A stretch of 64,000 nucleotides of DNA from Eledone cirrhosa (taxonomy: Eukaryota). Under the pieces are notes generated by a model. It did not search any database. It was not told the origin of the DNA and saw only the letters and a program-made list of their open reading frames with translations. The position numbers were made by a program, and so were the translations under genes. Below are positions 37,070-48,779 of the stretch, piece by piece; position 1 is the first letter of the stretch; every line of letters begins with the position of its first letter. Location of the stretch: assembly GCA_964016885.1 (NCBI GenBank), contig OZ024742.1:109988001-110052000 (forward strand), written 5' to 3'.

Positions 37070-38660
37070 CCCAGATGCCCTCTTCCTTGTGAGGCAACTG
37101 CAGGAGAGGTACCTCACTAAAAGCAAACTCCTCTACTTGGCATTTATTGACCTGGAGAAAGCTTTTGACAAGGTGCCTCATTCTGTAATCTGGTGGGCAT
37201 TTAGGAAACTAAGAATAGAAGAGTGGCTTGTGAGGGGAATACAAGCCATGTGCTGAGGTGCTGTCAGCAAGGTTAAAACTAATAATTGTTTCTACTTTTG
37301 GCACAAGGCTAGCAATTATCAAGGATGAAAGGCAAAGTTAACCTCTGCGAGATTTGAACTCAGATCATAAAGGGCCGTAACTCGTTCTAAGTTTCAATAG
37401 ATTTTACTATCTGCCAGTTGCAACTCCCAACAGAAGTCGACAGAATTTAAACTGAAAAACAACAGAAGTAGATGAGAGACCAATTCATTTACAATTCTAC
37501 CCATCCACTGCTCATGATACTCTTGTACATTTTTATTGATTCCGAAAGGAAGAAAAATGACTATAATAAGGAGTTTAGTGTGCAAGTTGGGGTCCTTAGT
37601 CCTCTCCTGTTTTTTTATCATCAAGAGTTTAAAACAGGATGCCCTTGGGAACTCTTGTAGCTGAATCTATGACAGAACTAGAGGACAAATTTCTGACCTA
37701 GAAGCACAACCTGGAATCAAAAGGTCTGAAAGTCAACTTGACAAAGACTAAAGTCCTAGTTAGCAGAAAGGAAAACAAAACCCAGGCTCCTTTAGGAAAG
37801 GGGTGGGTAGAAATTCCATTCTCTGTCCCAAATGCAAGCTATGGGTACACAAGAGATGGGGTGGTATCCAAGGTAAGTTAGCTAAGAATGTAGGTTTTAC
37901 ATATGGCTTGGAAGGTTCTGTGAAAGCAGTTGACAGCTTCTGTTCCCTGGGAGACCAAATTAGCAGTGGAGTACAGTAGCCAGTGTGAGGACAGGATGGA
38001 AACGTTCAGAGAACTACTACCGCTGCTAGCTACAAAAGGTTTTCCCCTCAAAATGAAGGGCAGATAGTATGATGTGTGTATAAACAAGCAGCAGTGTTGC
38101 ATGGTAGTGATACCTGGGTACAGTGCAGACGACCACATCTGATCTGACTAGCATGGAGAAATGGACATTAAACGGTGATGATGATATATATATATCATCA
38201 TCACCGTTTAATGTATGTTAGCCAGAGTAAGAATAGGCTGGAAGAAATTTAGCAAACCTGTTAACACCAAAGTGCTTCCCTCAGAGTGAAGGGTAGACTA
38301 TGATGACAGTGTGAACTGCACTGCTACATGGCAGCGGGACATGGACCATGACTGCAGAAGACCTGCAGAGGCTAGAAAGAAATTAAGCAAGTATGCTCTG
38401 ATGGATGTGTAGTGTCAGTGTGCATGAATAATGTATCATAAGCAAGCTGAGAGAAAAACTTGACTTAAGATGAATTGTATGTAGTGTACAAAGAGATGAC
38501 TGCATTGGCATGGACATGTGATTCAGAGAAATTTCAGTTAATGGTAATTGTAGGAGAGGCAAACTCAACAAGACACAAGATAAGGCTGTGAAGACCAATC
38601 TTAAGCTGAGTTTCACAAAGGATCACGAGAATTGGCAACATGCTGTTCTGGTGAAGATCC
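37070..38660 (+). mobile_element. Fragmented RTE LINE, interrupted by a SINE at ~37280-37390
   Basis: DALFLVRQLQERYL...LYLAFIDLEKAFDKVPHSVIWWA and GCPWELL. Confidence 0.85.
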
Positions 38661-39284
38661 ACCTACTAGCATAAAATATGACCTGACCCATCCACATGCT
38701 TTTCTTTTCACTATCATTCCTTAGTAGTTATTCTTTATCCTATTCATGCTTTCCCTCCACTATCAGTTCTGAGTATTATGCTCACCATTGCTGTACACAA
38801 CATTTACTCTATCCAGGATCCTCTCCACCCCTCTTAAATCTTAACACCTACACTCTATCAAAGATCTCAATGCTACTCAGGATCACCTTCACCCCAAAAA
38901 TCCTAATATACCAGTCGTAACACCCCTCTCAGTAGCTGCTATATCTCACAGTATCTTTCTCACTACTGGAGACCTCCCCTTCCCTCTACTCACTATCCTG
39001 TCAAACCTCACCACTCCACCACACTTGTCATACACCCATAACATCATACTTATCATCCTTCTTAACCCCCCCCCCCTACCCTATAGATCAGGGAGGGCTC
39101 TTAAGTTGAGTTAATGATCAACAATCTTCCTTGTGCTGGTGCCATGAAAAATGCACCCAGTACACCCTGTAAGGTAGTTGGTAATAGGAATGACATTCAG
39201 CTGTAGAAAACTTGCCAAATAACAATTGTGTCAAAAACATGACAACATTCCTACACACACACACACACACATATATAAAGCGGT

Positions 39285-40000
39285 CTTGCTCAAAATGTAG
39301 AAAAAGGAATAGGTATAAACTCTATACAATGTACATATAATTCTTGGGTACACAATAGGTGTAGTGGGATAGCAGGCAGACTAACTGATGTACAGAAACA
39401 GTTGGTAGTAAAAGCATCATTGATATAAGCCTTTTCCAACTCCAGGGAGCGCCATAGAAGTGGTTGATAGCTTCTGCTACCTAGATCTAATTTGCAGTGT
39501 AGGAAGTTGCTCTGAAAGCATAGTAACTAGAGTAAGAACAGGATGGAAGAAGTTTAGGGAGCTACTACTTCTGTTGACAACAAAAGGTTTCTGCCTATGA
39601 ATGAAAGGCCAGCTGTATGATGCCTGTATGTCATGTGTGAATGCGAGAAAGAAACAAAGCAAGCATGATCTGTTGGATGTGCAGAGTTAGTGCATGAACA
39701 ATGAAGGATGGATTAGCTGAAAGAAAACTGGGTATAAGAGGAATCAGATGTAGTGTGTACTAGAGAAAACTGTACTGGTGTGGTCTTGTGATTCATATGA
39801 TAATGATTGTTGGGTGAAGAAATCTCAGTGGAAGGAAGCTACAGTAGAGGAAGACCTTAGTGGAAGTGGTGAGAGCTGATCTCAAATTGCTGAAGTTTAC
39901 AGAAGAGATGACAAAGAATCGCATGAAATGGAAGTTCTAGAAAAGACCTGTCCAACTCATGTAAACATGGAAAAGTGGACATAAAATGTTGATGATCATA
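39285..40000 (+). mobile_element. RTE LINE 3' fragment
   Basis: Homologous to the other RTE C-terminal regions and ends in the family tail. Confidence 0.8.
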
Positions 40001-40348
40001 CACATACACACACATATGTATACTCATACATACCATCATCATCATACACACTTTTTCCCTGCTAGCAAGGGTTAGATGGGTCGTCACAAACCTAATCAAT
40101 GTTTAATCATGTCCACTAGTCTCTCAGATGGGCCAAGACCTTATCTTACTCTATAGAGCATGTTGCATATTTTATCATGGCACCAGCACAGTTGTCATGT
40201 CTTTGACACTACTGAAATATCCTCTCTAACTTTTGTTTGGCAAAGTTTCTACAGTTAAGTTTATTTACTTACAGGTTTTTCCTACATCATCATATATCAT
40301 TTCTTCATACATTATATATCTTCTTATTGAGTCTCTCTCTATTTTTAG

Positions 40349-40459
40349 AGACTACCTCTGAAAGGATTGACAGTTATAGAGTTTGCTGGTTTGGCACCTG
40401 CACCATTCTGTGGTATGATTTTGGCTGATTTTGGAGCCAGAGTTATTAGAATAGACCGT
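40349..40459 (+). CDS. AMACR: Alpha-methylacyl-CoA racemase exon ([37 protein letters not shown])
   Basis: tttttag| acceptor and |gtaagt donor; CaiB/BaiF family III CoA-transferase N-terminal motif. Confidence 0.95.
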
Positions 40460-40519
40460 GTAAGTAAATGTTTCTATATTTTCTTTGCTTATTTTTACAT
40501 ACTTTTGGCTTTACACAAC

Positions 40520-41368
40520 ATCATCATCATCATCAACGTTTAACGTCCGTGTTCCACGCTTGCATGGGTTTGGACGGGGGTAGTCCCACTTGAGGCAAGA
40601 GTGATTGTCTTGCTCGCATAGGACTGTCTGGCAGGTTTTCTACAGTTGGATGCCCTTCCTAACACCAACCACATTTACAGTGTGGGTCTGGGAGGTTTTT
40701 ACCGTGTTGCCTACACGGCCACATTACAGCGTGGACTGTGTGTTTTTTTGTCGTGACACCTACACGATCTCATTTGTTTCGGCCTCGATGGCGCGGCACC
40801 AACATAACTTTACATAGAACGGGGTGGTGTGGATAGGGTGGGGGTGGTGGTGGTGAGACGGAGTGTATTTTGTTAGAGATGCCTACTGGCTGGAGTAGGT
40901 TTTACTATATATTTAGGTAAGGCGGGTCTTCTCTGTTACTGAGTACCGCCAAAGGTCTCGGTCCAGTGACATTGTCTTGGAGAGGTGTAAGTGTGTGATG
41001 TCGGAGTTTATCAGCTCGTCCCAGGTTTTTCTAGGTCTGCCTATTCCGTGACTACCGTCTATCTTTATTGCCCTGCACTTTGTTATACAGCTGTCGACTT
41101 TCATGCGCATCACGTGTCCATACCAACGTAGCCTTCTCTCGAGTAAACAACATCTGATCCCTCTTATTTCTAATTTTTTCCTTAGTTCGTTTATGCTTTG
41201 CCGTTCACGTATATTACTGTTACACATCCAGCGGAGCATGCAAGCTTCGTTCCTCTCTAGTCTGCGTATATCCTCTGCACACAATGCCCAGGTTTCACTG
41301 CCATGCAGCATTGCTGTTCGTATGCAGGCATCGTACAACCTGCCTTTCATTTTTAGGGAGAACATCAA
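40520..41368 (-). mobile_element. Young 5'-truncated RTE LINE (intact C-terminal ORF, 3'UTR, (GAT)n tail)
   Basis: ORF 40913-41368 has KGRLYDACIRTAMLHGSETW...RLRWYGHVMR...GRPRKTW. Confidence 0.92.
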
Positions 41369-41746
41369 TGCTACAGAAATGCCCAGTGGACATTGGTGAA
41401 GTTCTTCATAAAATGCACAATGGTGCTTGTGATTAGAAGCTAATTTGAAACCTCAAGACTTTTGTTGGGAAAAGTGAACATTGGCACAAGCATGGCTGTA
41501 TAGGTAGGTGGTGACATGGCTGAGTGGTTAAAAAGTTTATTTTGCAAACAAGTGGTTTCAGGCTAAGTCCCTCTATGTGGAACGTCGGCCAGGTGTCATC
41601 CACTATAGCCTTATTAGTGGAATTTGGTAGACAGAAACTGTGGAGGGCTGTTATGTATATATATATATAGGAACTCTATACCCACTCTATTTCTGATACA
41701 TAGAGTACTCCGCTGATTTGTGGTCTCCTTGGTCTCAGCACCGCAG

Positions 41747-41785
<39 letters not shown>

Positions 41786-42667
41786 TTGTGTGTGTCCATG
41801 TTTGTGTTTACATTTTCTGCATTAGTTACTCAACAAAAAGAGATCAGTAAAATAAGTACCAGACTTGATAAAAATAAGTACTGGGAACAATGTAATGACT
41901 GAATCCCTTCAAGGCATTTCCCCAGCATGGTCACTTTCAAAATGACAGATCATTTAAAGAATAAAATAAATATGTGTGAGCGAGGCACTATTTTGCAGCA
42001 CCCACAGAATGGTTGGAATAGAACTAAATACTACTAGAAACTGGTCTGTTGATTAATGTTAGCAGGGAAAGAAATGTTGGAATTGTTTTAATTCTTAGCA
42101 TCCTTCAATGATTTGGTTGCAAGAGACTACATACTGTGGAAAGGTCTCTTAGCCTGCACTCAACGATATAACCTTTTCCACAACAGAACACACTGAGACA
42201 ATATTGGTGTCATGAGAGAAAACCAGTAGACTCTGTAATGTGGTTGGTGATCAAACAGAGACCATGTAAAGTAGAGAAATATCTTCAGTCTGGCCAAGCA
42301 TATGACAACCTCTCTAGTGCTGGTGCCACAATGAAATGCACCCAGTACATTCAGCAAAGTGGCAGTGCTGTTGCTATGATAAAATTCCCCTTAGTGCACT
42401 CTGTAAATTTGTAGTGCTGGTGCAATGATAAAATGCACCCAGTACAGCTTGTAAGGTTGTTAGTGATAGGAAGGGCATAGAAACCATGCTAAATATGAAA
42501 TATATGAAGAAGATGAGGTCTCCTTGACATGTCTAGTCACAGAACATAAGAACCTGTGAAACACATGCTAGCATGTAAAGTGAACATAAAATAATGATGA
42601 TCATGATATCTAAATATCGGTTTGTTAATTCAAATGTTTTTTTAATATCTTTCACACTTCTTTTCAG

Positions 42668-42806
42668 CCTTCACCACAATTTGCAGAACCCATGTTAGCC
42701 CGAGGGAAAGAGTCCATATGTATTGATGTAAAGAAACCCAATGGAATCGAGATAATAAAAAAAATATGTCAGTCATCAGATATAATTATTGAACCCTTCA
42801 GAAAAG
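42668..42806 (+). CDS. AMACR: AMACR exon (PSPQFAEPMLARGKESICIDVKKPNGIEIIKKICQSSDIIIEPFRK-G)
   Basis: ttttcag| acceptor and |gtagtt donor; RGK.SI..D.K and D.IIEPFR.G motifs; 139 nt, ending phase 1. Confidence 0.95.
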
Positions 42807-43247
42807 GTAGTTTTTTAAAAATATATTCAGAACCAAAAAGGGCTGTGAATTGGCAGTCATTAGGACATTGGATTAAATGCCTCAGTATTTGATCCGGTTC
42901 ACTGGTATCTAAGTTTAAATCCCACAAAGATCAACTTTGCTTTCACCCTTTTGAGGTCAATAAATAATGTACCAGTTCTGCAGTGGGTTATGTTTCCCTC
43001 TGGAAGAAATTGGCTATGTTTTGATCTGGGGAAAGATAGTCCCCACCAGGTTTAAATGCTGTGTCGGGTGGCCATATCTACTATATGGAACTAACATATT
43101 TCTTCATCATTATCCTTGTCATTGACATTTTACATTCATGTTTCATGCTGGCATGGATTGGCTGGGTTGTCATGGTCCAAAATGAAACAGGTTCGATGAC
43201 CAGATCTTGCACATACATTCCATATTTTACATGAATAAGCAACACTA

Positions 43248-43878
43248 TTTTTTAGCATAGGGCGGTGAATTGGCAGTATCGGTAGAGGGTTGGACGCCAT
43301 GCTTTCTAGCATAGTTACATCCCTTTACAGTCTGAGTTCAAATCCCTCCGAGGTTAACTTCGCCTTTCATCCTTACGGAGTCGATAAAATAAAGTACCAG
43401 TAATGTACTGGGTAATTGCTGGCCTTGTGCCTAAAGTAGAAACAATTATTTTTTAGCATAGGATTTGGCAGTATCAGTAGAGGGTTGGACGCCATGCTTT
43501 CTAGCATAGTTACGTCCCTTTACGGTTTGAGTTCAAATCCTATTGAGGTTAACTTTGCCTTTCATCCTTACGGGGTCGATAAAATAAAGTACCAGTAATG
43601 TACTGGGTAATTGCTGGCCTTGTGCCAAAAGTAGAAACAATTATTTTTTAGCATAGGGTGGTGTATTGGCAGTATCGGTAGAGGGTTGGACGCCATTTTT
43701 TGCAGCATAGAGTTACGACCCTATACGGTCTGAGTTCAAATCATGCCAAGGTTAATTTTGCCTTTCATCCTTATGGGGTTGATAAAATAAAGTACCAGTA
43801 AGCATTGGAGTTGATTTAATCAACTTTCCTCTTCTCTTCAAATTGCTGGCCTTGTGCCTAAATCAGAAACCATTATTT
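43248..43878 (+). mobile_element. Head-to-tail trimer of a tRNA-derived SINE
   Basis: Three ~200-bp units, each with tggcagtatcggtagag A box, gagttcaaatc B box, central domain and tail. Confidence 0.9.
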
Positions 43879-44489
43879 TGACATGACATTAATGTATATA
43901 ATCTTATAGAATGTTTTCACAACTGATTAAACACCTTAAGTAAACCCCATTATCATAAGCAGTTTATAGTTTTCTGTTATATTTTCTGCTTCAGTACATC
44001 AGTATAACCTAAGTCAAGTTCAGCTTCTACATATGCCAGCGTATTTTGTTATTTACCCTCTGAACTGTGTAGAATATTTGTTAACAAAATAAATTGTCTA
44101 CCTATTGCAAATAATTTTGAAAAATATTGAACTTGGATGAACTGAGGGAGAAATTGCATGTAAGAGGAATCTGATGTGGTGTGCAAGAAAGAAGACTGTG
44201 TTGGTTCGGACATGTGATGGACATGGATGATGATCGCTGGAAATCCCAGTGGAAGGAAGCTACAGTAGAGGTAGAAAGACCTGGGCAGAAGTGGTGAGAG
44301 CTGATCTCAAGTTGCTGAGACTTACAAAGGAGATGATGAAGGAGTGTGGTGTGTGGAGAGATGCTGTGCTGAAAAGGACCCTTCCAACCCATGCATAAAA
44401 ATGTTGATGTTGGTGATGATGATTAGAAAGAATTTAGTAAAGTATCTAACTTCTTCATTATTCGGCTTTAGAAATGAGAGGTTTCAATA

Positions 44490-44970
44490 TACAGGATGAC
44501 TCAAAAACAACTGGCCCCAAGAACGTTTTTTATCCCTATATATTCATTTTCTAACAGATCAACCATAAATTTCAGGACATGGCAGATACAACGTCTGAGA
44601 AGACAAGACTTCATTGGGAATTCCAGCACTTGATTTTCTATATGAAACATTACTATAAAAGTGGCTCATACAAGCATGTTCTGGAGCAATTCATGCATTT
44701 TTTAGAATGGACAAATCTCCCTCCAAAGCCAATATATAAAACTTGTTGAAAAAGTTTGAGATCTATGGGACAGTTGAGAACCTCAATACAATGTCTGATG
44801 ACCTAGGAAGCATACACAAGAAGTTATTGACATAATCCAAGAGTTTGTTGAACAGAGCCAAAAACGATTGCTGTGCAGGAGAAGCCAATCCTTGGGTCTC
44901 TCTACAGAAACTTGCAGAAGGGTTATTTTGGATCATAGAATCAGAGACAGTCTTGAGCAAGTTGGCGATA
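44490..44970 (+). mobile_element. Tc1/mariner-superfamily relic (DUF4817-type N-terminus)
   Basis: TA-caggatgactcaaa TIR-like start, with remnants YYKSGSYKHVLEQF and NLLKKFEIYGTVENL. Confidence 0.55.
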
Positions 44971-46095
44971 AAATAGTTCAGGCTTTTATTTGCTAATATA
45001 TAAATACAATAGTTTCAAATAGAGATATTCTATGGAAATACCTTACCGTTCTTACTATTTAAATTATTTTCTTTTCAAATAGGTTCATACAAACTACAAA
45101 TATTATGGAACTCTATTCAATAAATTATTTTGATTTTGTTTGATATAATAAATGGTTAATTTTTCATAGAAAATGGAATAGAAATTTTCAACAGCTGGCA
45201 CTTTATTGTTGTCTTTGTGGTTAGAGAATTTGGCTCCTGATTGTAAGGTTGTGAGTTTGATTGCTGGCAGTGTGTTGTGTTTTCAAGTAAGACAATTTAT
45301 TTCATGTTACTCCAGTCCACTTAACTGGAAAAAAATAAGTTGTATTTGTAATTCAAATGCTGAATGTCCCTAAGAATTATGTTAAAGGTATACGTTTGTG
45401 GAATACTCAGCCACATCATCATCATCATACGTCCGCTTTTCCCTGCTTGCAAGGGTTAATTTGATGAGCAGGCTGTTCTATTGTTAAAAAGACTGATACT
45501 ATAAGTATTTGAATTAACAAACTTGGTTTTAGATATTTTATGCTAAATCATTACAGGATGTTAGGAGTTAAAGAAAGGATTGAAATATTGTTCAGTTATG
45601 TCAAGGACATCACAAGTTCTCAAGTGCTGGGGCCATAATAAAACATACCGAGTACACTCTGTAAAGTGGTTGGTTTTAAGAAGGGAATCCAATCATAGAA
45701 AAGCTGCCAAACATAGGGTTGTAAGGAATCTTCAGTTTTGTCAAGGACAACAACATCTCTATTGTTGGTGCCATGATAAAATGCACTCATTACACTCTGT
45801 AAAGTGTAGGAACATATGTCAATAAGATGTGGCACACCAGCTTGTTAGTTGTGTGCTGACTTGGTCTGTGATCATCCATCCAACCTATACAAGTAGGGAA
45901 AAGTGAGCATTAAATGATATTTCTGCCCACTTCTTTCCACCTCCAGGGGTACTTTACCCAATATATTCAACTATTATTTATAGTTATTTGCATTGTGACC
46001 ACTTCCTAAAAAAGCTAACATATTTTCATATTTCGCCTATGCTTTGCAAATTAACCAAATGATATATTTTTCTCATATATTATTTTGTTTTCTAG

Positions 46096-46239
46096 GTGTC
46101 ATGGAAAGAAATGGTTTAGGACCAAATACTTTATTGAAAATTAATTCACGGTTGATTTATGCCAGACTTACTGGTTTTGGACAGACTGGAGTTATGTCCA
46201 AAAGGGTCGGACATGATATCAACTTTCTGGCTATGTCAG
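46096..46239 (+). CDS. AMACR: AMACR exon (VMERNGLGPNTLLKINSRLIYARLTGFGQTGVMSKRVGHDINFLAMS-G)
   Basis: 144 nt with canonical sites; holds the catalytic His motif GHDIN. Confidence 0.97.
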
Positions 46240-46384
46240 GTACTGTTACATTTTCATTTTGGCTTTGTTTTTATTCTATGTGTGTGTTTGTATATATGAC
46301 TGAGTGTCAAATTTATTTATCTCCAATACACGAAGAATCATAAAGCTGCGGGATCGTCAGAGGTAGTTGCTGAGATGCTAAAAG

Positions 46385-47120
46385 CATTGTGAGATCAGTG
46401 AAAGCCATGTATAGAGGAGCTGTTAGTAAAATGAGAGTAGGAAGTGAGTTTGAAGAATTCAAAGTACAGGTTCAAATTCATCAAGGTTCGGTTCTTAGCT
46501 CACTGTTGTTCATCATAGTTCTCCAGGAGGAGAACAGAGGAGTTTGAAAGGGTTGCCCATGGGAACTTCTCTATGTAGATGGTCTGGTCCTTATAGCTGA
46601 ATCCATAAAACAACTAGAAAATAAGTTCCGACAATGGAAACAGAATTTGGAATCAAAAGGTCTGAGAGTAAACTTGGCCAAAACTAAAGTGCCAATAAGT
46701 AGGAAAAAAGGTAGGACCCTGATTCCTTCATTGAAGTGGCCCTACTCAATATGAAGAAAGGGAATACACAAGGTAAATCTTGGATACACAAGAGATGGAG
46801 TGGTATAACGGGTAGACTAACAAGAAGGGAAGACTTTGTATGTAGATGCACAGGATTAACAGAAGGGAAGAGTAGACTGCATTGGTATAGACACGTGATG
46901 CGCATAGATGAAGAAGTGCCAGGAAATCACTGTGGAAGGAAGCTGCGGTAGAGGTAGACCAAGGAAGACCTGGGCAGAGGTGGTGAGACCTGATCTCAAA
47001 TTGCTGAAACTCACAGAGGAGATAATGAAGGAATGTGACATTTGGAGAGATGCTGTGCTGAAAAGGACTCTTCCAACCTATGTAATTGCGGAAAAACAGG
47101 TGGAAAAATGACGATGACAT
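46385..47120 (+). mobile_element. Deleted RTE LINE fragment
   Basis: QGSVLSSLLFII, SWIHKRWSGI and GRPRKTW remnants, plus the tail. Confidence 0.85.
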
Positions 47121-47222
47121 AACTGGTACTTTATTTTTAGATATTTCAAAGAAAAATATTTAATAAAAAATAATTCATTATGTATTAAAATTTGAATAGG
47201 TTTATATCTGTTGTTTTTCCAG

Positions 47223-47405
47223 GTGTATTATCTAAATTGGGTCGTGCAGGACAAAATCCACATGCACCTATTAACCTCCTGGCTGACTTTGCTGGTGGGA
47301 GTCTGATGACAGTGATAGGGATTCTGGTAGCTCTTCACTACCGCACACAGACAGGTGTAGGACAGGTGGTTGATAATAGCATGACAGCAGGAGCTGCATA
47401 CCTTG
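47223..47405 (+). CDS. AMACR: AMACR exon ([61 protein letters not shown])
   Basis: 183 nt with ccag| acceptor and |gtaagt donor; catalytic Asp motif NLLADFAGG. Confidence 0.97.
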
Positions 47406-47482
47406 GTAAGTAACATTACTCTGCTCACTACATTGCATGTCATAGGAGGGATTGTAACTTTCTTTCTTAGCAAAGAGTGAAG

Positions 47483-47895
47483 TAGTAGTACTTGTGCCAC
47501 AATAAAATGTATCCTGTACACTCTGTAAAGTGGAAGTGCATGTGCCTCAATAAAATGTACCTTGTACATTCTGTAAAGTGTTAATGCTGGTGTTATGATA
47601 AAATACATCCAGTACACCTGGTAAATTGATAGTACTGGTTCCACAATAAAATACACCCAATACACTCTGTAAAGTGGTAGTGTTGGTTCCACAATAAAAT
47701 ACACCCAATACACTCTGTAAAGTGGTAGTGTTGGTTCCACAATAAAATGCTCCTAGTACACTCTCTATAAAGTGGTAGTGCTGTTTTCACAATAAAATAC
47801 ACCCAGTACACTCTGTAAAGTAGTAGTGCTGGTTCCACAATAAAATGCTCCTAGTACACTCTTTGTAAAGTGGTAGTGTTGGTGCTACAATAAAA
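47483..47895. repeat. Minisatellite of ~48-bp units (about 8-9 copies)
   Basis: Unit ~gttccacaataaaatacacccagtacactctgtaaagtggtagtgctg. Confidence 0.9.
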
Positions 47896-48779
47896 TTTTA
47901 TTTTTATTTGATTTATTATATTACCATGGATTGGATAGGTTTTCAAATTTGAATGCTAGAGGTCTCCTTATCACGAGTGTAATTTTTACTTATTACAATT
48001 TCTTGGTTTACTAGATTAGCCCTTCTAATACCAAACCACCTGAAATTGCTTCTGATTCTATGAGACAAGACTTCTTATTTATAAGTGTTTATATTTATCT
48101 AACACCTTTCTATCATAATTTTATTTAAGATTTATACCTTTAAGATATATTCCAAACACCAGATAAATAAGGAAAAAGTTATTTTACTATATTTCTCCAA
48201 ATTCTTGATTATTTGAAAATCATAAGCAGTGTCCTTCATTCGAAATACAGTAACGAAATGGTTAAGCATATGAAGCATTGATCTTAGCGTTTTATGTTCT
48301 TGGATATTTCGTTCTTCATTATGACGCCACACAGTTTTATCAAAATCAAATTTATAAATATTTCATTTCATTTTCTCTGGCAGTATTGGAATAGACAACA
48401 GTTCACTAATGAAGTCACATAAGAGCAAAACATTTGTAATTGTCACGAAACAACAAATATCCGACATACTTTCTGCTGCATTGTTCATATACTATTTTAA
48501 TTATCTTTTCATAGTTGCCTCCCTTGCTTTGTAGACAAAAAATTATTACATTAATGATCGTTTCTCTTCATCAAGAATACATTTTAAATTAATTAAAATT
48601 TCTTGATTCACTAGTTTATGCATGTTAACACTTGCCTTACTGCTGCGTATATCACTAAGTATTTTCTTCTAATCCTTTTCTTCTTATCCTTTTCTTCTTT
48701 TGTTAAGTATATATATATATACTCACACACAAGCACAAACATGTCTATGGTGTACATGTGGTATGCACATGTTACATTT

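Noticed and set aside
47483-47895. CRISPR-like regular array; ORFs 47228-47740 and 47593-47838
   Set aside because: Units are contiguous degenerate tandem repeats with no unique spacers, in a eukaryotic intron. The ORFs are repeat artefacts.
48405-48475. Hammerhead-like ctaatga...cgaaac
   Set aside because: The core is mutated and no stem I or stem III pairing could be built.
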